DNA of 64,000 nt from an uncultured delta proteobacterium (GTDB lineage: Bacteria; Desulfobacterota; Desulfobacteria; Desulfobacterales; Desulfosalsimonadaceae), in assembly GCA_963826785.1 (NCBI GenBank), contig CAWGYD010000010.1, positions 224,001-288,000 on the forward strand. The letters run 5' to 3'. This document shows positions 61,964 to 64,000 of this stretch, in pieces. The notes under the pieces are model-generated. The model was given only the letters and a program-made list of their open reading frames with translations, searched no databases and was not told where the DNA came from. The translations under genes and the position numbers were made by a program. Every line of letters starts with the position of its first letter. Position 1 is the stretch's first letter.

Positions 61964-62860
61964 CTATCGAATGACCACCCCGGACAAATCCTCCAGCAAC
62001 TCGTCTACCTGCTCATAATAAATTTCCGTGGCCCTGGAAAAATGCATGAGCACATTATTCAATGACGGGGGAATGTAGGGGTAGAGTTTCTGCATATTCA
62101 AAAGCCGGGATTTGTCCAGGATCGAAAAATCCCCGGCCGTCAAATGATCGATCAGGCTTCCGTAAGTCTGCGTATCATGCACGATCATGTAAAGATCATG
62201 AAATCCTTTGCCCACCGCATAGACCAGGATGTTTCCCATGCCGAACAGGTCCAGGCTGAACGGGTTTTCGGGGGCGTGATAGTCATAGTCGAAATCGATC
62301 CACACATAGTTTCCGGTGCCCCCCTCGATGATCAGGTGATCGTTGCGGATATCCCCGTGCCGGAAACCCGCCCGGTGAAGCGTCAGGATTGCTTCAAATG
62401 CGGAAATCAGCTTTTCGATAACGGCCGGCAGCCGGTGAAAAAAATATTCCTGGTGGTCCATGCGGATTCGATCCATGTCCACCAGAAAATTGGGGCCTGC
62501 GACGATGTCGAGCACCCGGATGTTGTTGTCCCGGATATCCTTGAAGGCTTTTCCCTGCATGAACAGCGGATGTCCCCGGATCAGGTCGAGAATGCGACCT
62601 TCTTTTTCGGGATCCCGGAAGCACCGGATTTTGACGCCGCCCAGCGAGGTTTCAAAGGTTTCGAAGTAGGCCAGCTTGATGATTTTGCGCTCGCCGGTAT
62701 CCACATCCACCCCACGCTTGACCCAGAACTTGGGGTCTTCGATGCCGAACCGCCGCTCCTTTTCATGGCCGGTGATCCGATACCGTTTTTCACCGATTTG
62801 AATCTCGTCGCCGCAGTCAATGGAAAAAAAATCGGTGGTATCGACGACCGGCGGCTTCAT
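61964..62860 (-). CDS. Atypical protein kinase-like protein
   Basis: KIIKL, HGDIRNDH catalytic loop, IDFD, DLFGMG. Confidence 0.75.
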   Translation of the reverse strand: MKPPVVDTTDFFSIDCGDEIQIGEKRYRITGHEKERRFGIEDPKFWVKRGVDVDTGERKIIKLAYFETFETSLGGVKIRCFRDPEKEGRILDLIRGHPLFMQGKAFKDIRDNNIRVLDIVAGPNFLVDMDRIRMDHQEYFFHRLPAVIEKLISAFEAILTLHRAGFRHGDIRNDHLIIEGGTGNYVWIDFDYDYHAPENPFSLDLFGMGNILVYAVGKGFHDLYMIVHDTQTYGSLIDHLTAGDFSILDKSRLLNMQKLYPYIPPSLNNVLMHFSRATEIYYEQVDELLEDLSGVVIR

Positions 62861-62869
62861 GGCGATCGA

Positions 62870-63430
62870 TCATCCCTGCAGCAGGCGGGGCGGAATGCTG
62901 TTGATGGCGGTTTTGATATGATCGACAAAATGTTTCAGGCCGTTGACTTCGATTACCAGCCCGAGCTGATTTCCCAGAATGCACAGGGAGGAGATATCAT
63001 CTTCGTGCAGGTGCAGCGGCTGGTCGTGATAAATCCGTATCACACCAATCACCGTCTGCCGGAAACGGATCGGAATGGCCATCAGGGATACGATCCCTTC
63101 TTTTCGGGCCGCTTCCGGATACTGAATGCGGCTGTCATGCTGCATGTCGTTGACGCATTCCACATTGCCGGTATGAATGGAGCAGTTGGTGTCATCCATG
63201 AACACCGGGCCTTTATTGAGGTACTCCTCGCTGATGCCGTAGCTGCTCACACGAAACAACTGGTTTTCCAGTTCATCCAGGACCATGATGGACGCCCCCT
63301 TGAACCTGAAGGTCCGGCAGACCCCTTCCACCAGGTGATTGGCCAGCAGGTTGAAATCCTCATAGGTGGAAATGGCATTGCTGATCGCTTTAAATTGCTT
63401 TAAATAAAATTTACGCTCCGGGGAAACCAT
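62870..63430 (-). CDS. Stand-alone GAF domain protein
   Basis: SYGISEEYL.KG, D.R.QYPEAA.KEGI.S...PI....VIGV.RIY. Confidence 0.85.
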   Translation of the reverse strand: MVSPERKFYLKQFKAISNAISTYEDFNLLANHLVEGVCRTFRFKGASIMVLDELENQLFRVSSYGISEEYLNKGPVFMDDTNCSIHTGNVECVNDMQHDSRIQYPEAARKEGIVSLMAIPIRFRQTVIGVIRIYHDQPLHLHEDDISSLCILGNQLGLVIEVNGLKHFVDHIKTAINSIPPRLLQG

Positions 63431-63529
63431 GGTTTGAGTTCCTGAACATTGAAAAAGAGATCACCCGTCATGAAATTTCGGCGATCTGTTTTTTAAGCGC
63501 TTTCCGGCCACTGCCAAAAAACCCGTTTA

Positions 63530-64000
63530 TCAACTTCTGCGGTTTAGAAAAGATGCCGTTCGATCCGCACCTGCCGCGGTCGCCTCATCGCGTAAGGCTT
63601 GCGATTGAATATGCCACTTGCCCCGGAGGGTCGGCTTCTTAAGAGAGGCCTCCAGCAATTTCAAAAACCGGGACCGCGGAATCTCTCTGGCTCCCAGCCG
63701 GATCAGGTGAGGATTGACGATCTGGCAGTCGATGAGGTCAAACGCATGCTGCAGGAGGTAATCACAAAGAGCGGCCAGGGCGATTTTGGAGGCATTGGCG
63801 ACGCGGGTGAACATGGACTCTCCGAAGAAGCACCCCCCCAGGGACAGACCGTAGAGCCCGCCTGCCAGTATTCCCTGGTGCCAGGCTTCTATGGAGTGAG
63901 CGTATCCGTTCTCGAACAGGTCGCAGAACGCCTCGATCATATCCTCTACAATCCAGGTTTCCTGTCCGTTATCCACCCTGATTCCGGCGCAGGAGGTGAT
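63530..64000 (-). CDS. aat: Leucyl/phenylalanyl-tRNA--protein transferase (5' truncated by window)
   Basis: ETWI, AHSIEAW, GGLYG, FFGESMF, NASK, IDCQ, HL..LGA; frame open to window end. Confidence 0.92.
   Translation of the reverse strand: MTSCAGIRVDNGQETWIVEDMIEAFCDLFENGYAHSIEAWHQGILAGGLYGLSLGGCFFGESMFTRVANASKIALAALCDYLLQHAFDLIDCQIVNPHLIRLGAREIPRSRFLKLLEASLKKPTLRGKWHIQSQALRDEATAAGADRTASFLNRRS

Noticed and set aside
62144..63403. 419-aa plus-strand ORF
   Set aside because: Antisense shadow of the kinase and GAF genes

Overview
Bacterial genomic window, GC-rich overall. Gene content (AOR, rubrerythrin, PAS hybrid kinase, fatty/branched-chain acid catabolism) suggests an anaerobic Desulfobacterota-like organism; this is an inference. 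In order: partial thyX, an alpha/beta hydrolase, a CoA-disulfide reductase/NADH oxidase, a glycogen cluster (large debranching enzyme, CBM48 protein, glgP, glgA), a GT4 plus six-hairpin glycosidase pair, a secreted NiSOD, a cupin, a hybrid kinase, a ThiF/MoaD/AOR module, and a half-size TSUP transporter. Next come an uncharacterised four-gene operon (Fe-S/BFD protein, 484-aa unknown, QPRTase-like, MogA-like), a sucrose cluster (pfkB, SPS-SPP, sucrose phosphorylase), rubrerythrin, cobO, and an IS110 element in an AT-rich decayed region. The rest holds a QueG-like protein, BKACE/cyclase/gloB/crotonase genes, an isovalerate (liu-like) degradation cluster, Hsp20/DnaJ genes, leuCD-hisE, App1, HIT, a GAF-kinase-USP operon and partial aat. 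The strongest observation is the IS110 3' non-coding region: a ~195-nt structured segment (36520-36714) holding four short motifs that match the reconstructed target site (AAATTA-AA-TGTCC) and donor junction (ATATCA-AA-TGCCT), i.e. a readable candidate bridge RNA. Several families of palindromic repeats and MITEs occur, as do several single-base frameshifts that may be sequencing errors. No tRNA, rRNA or CRISPR array was recognised.
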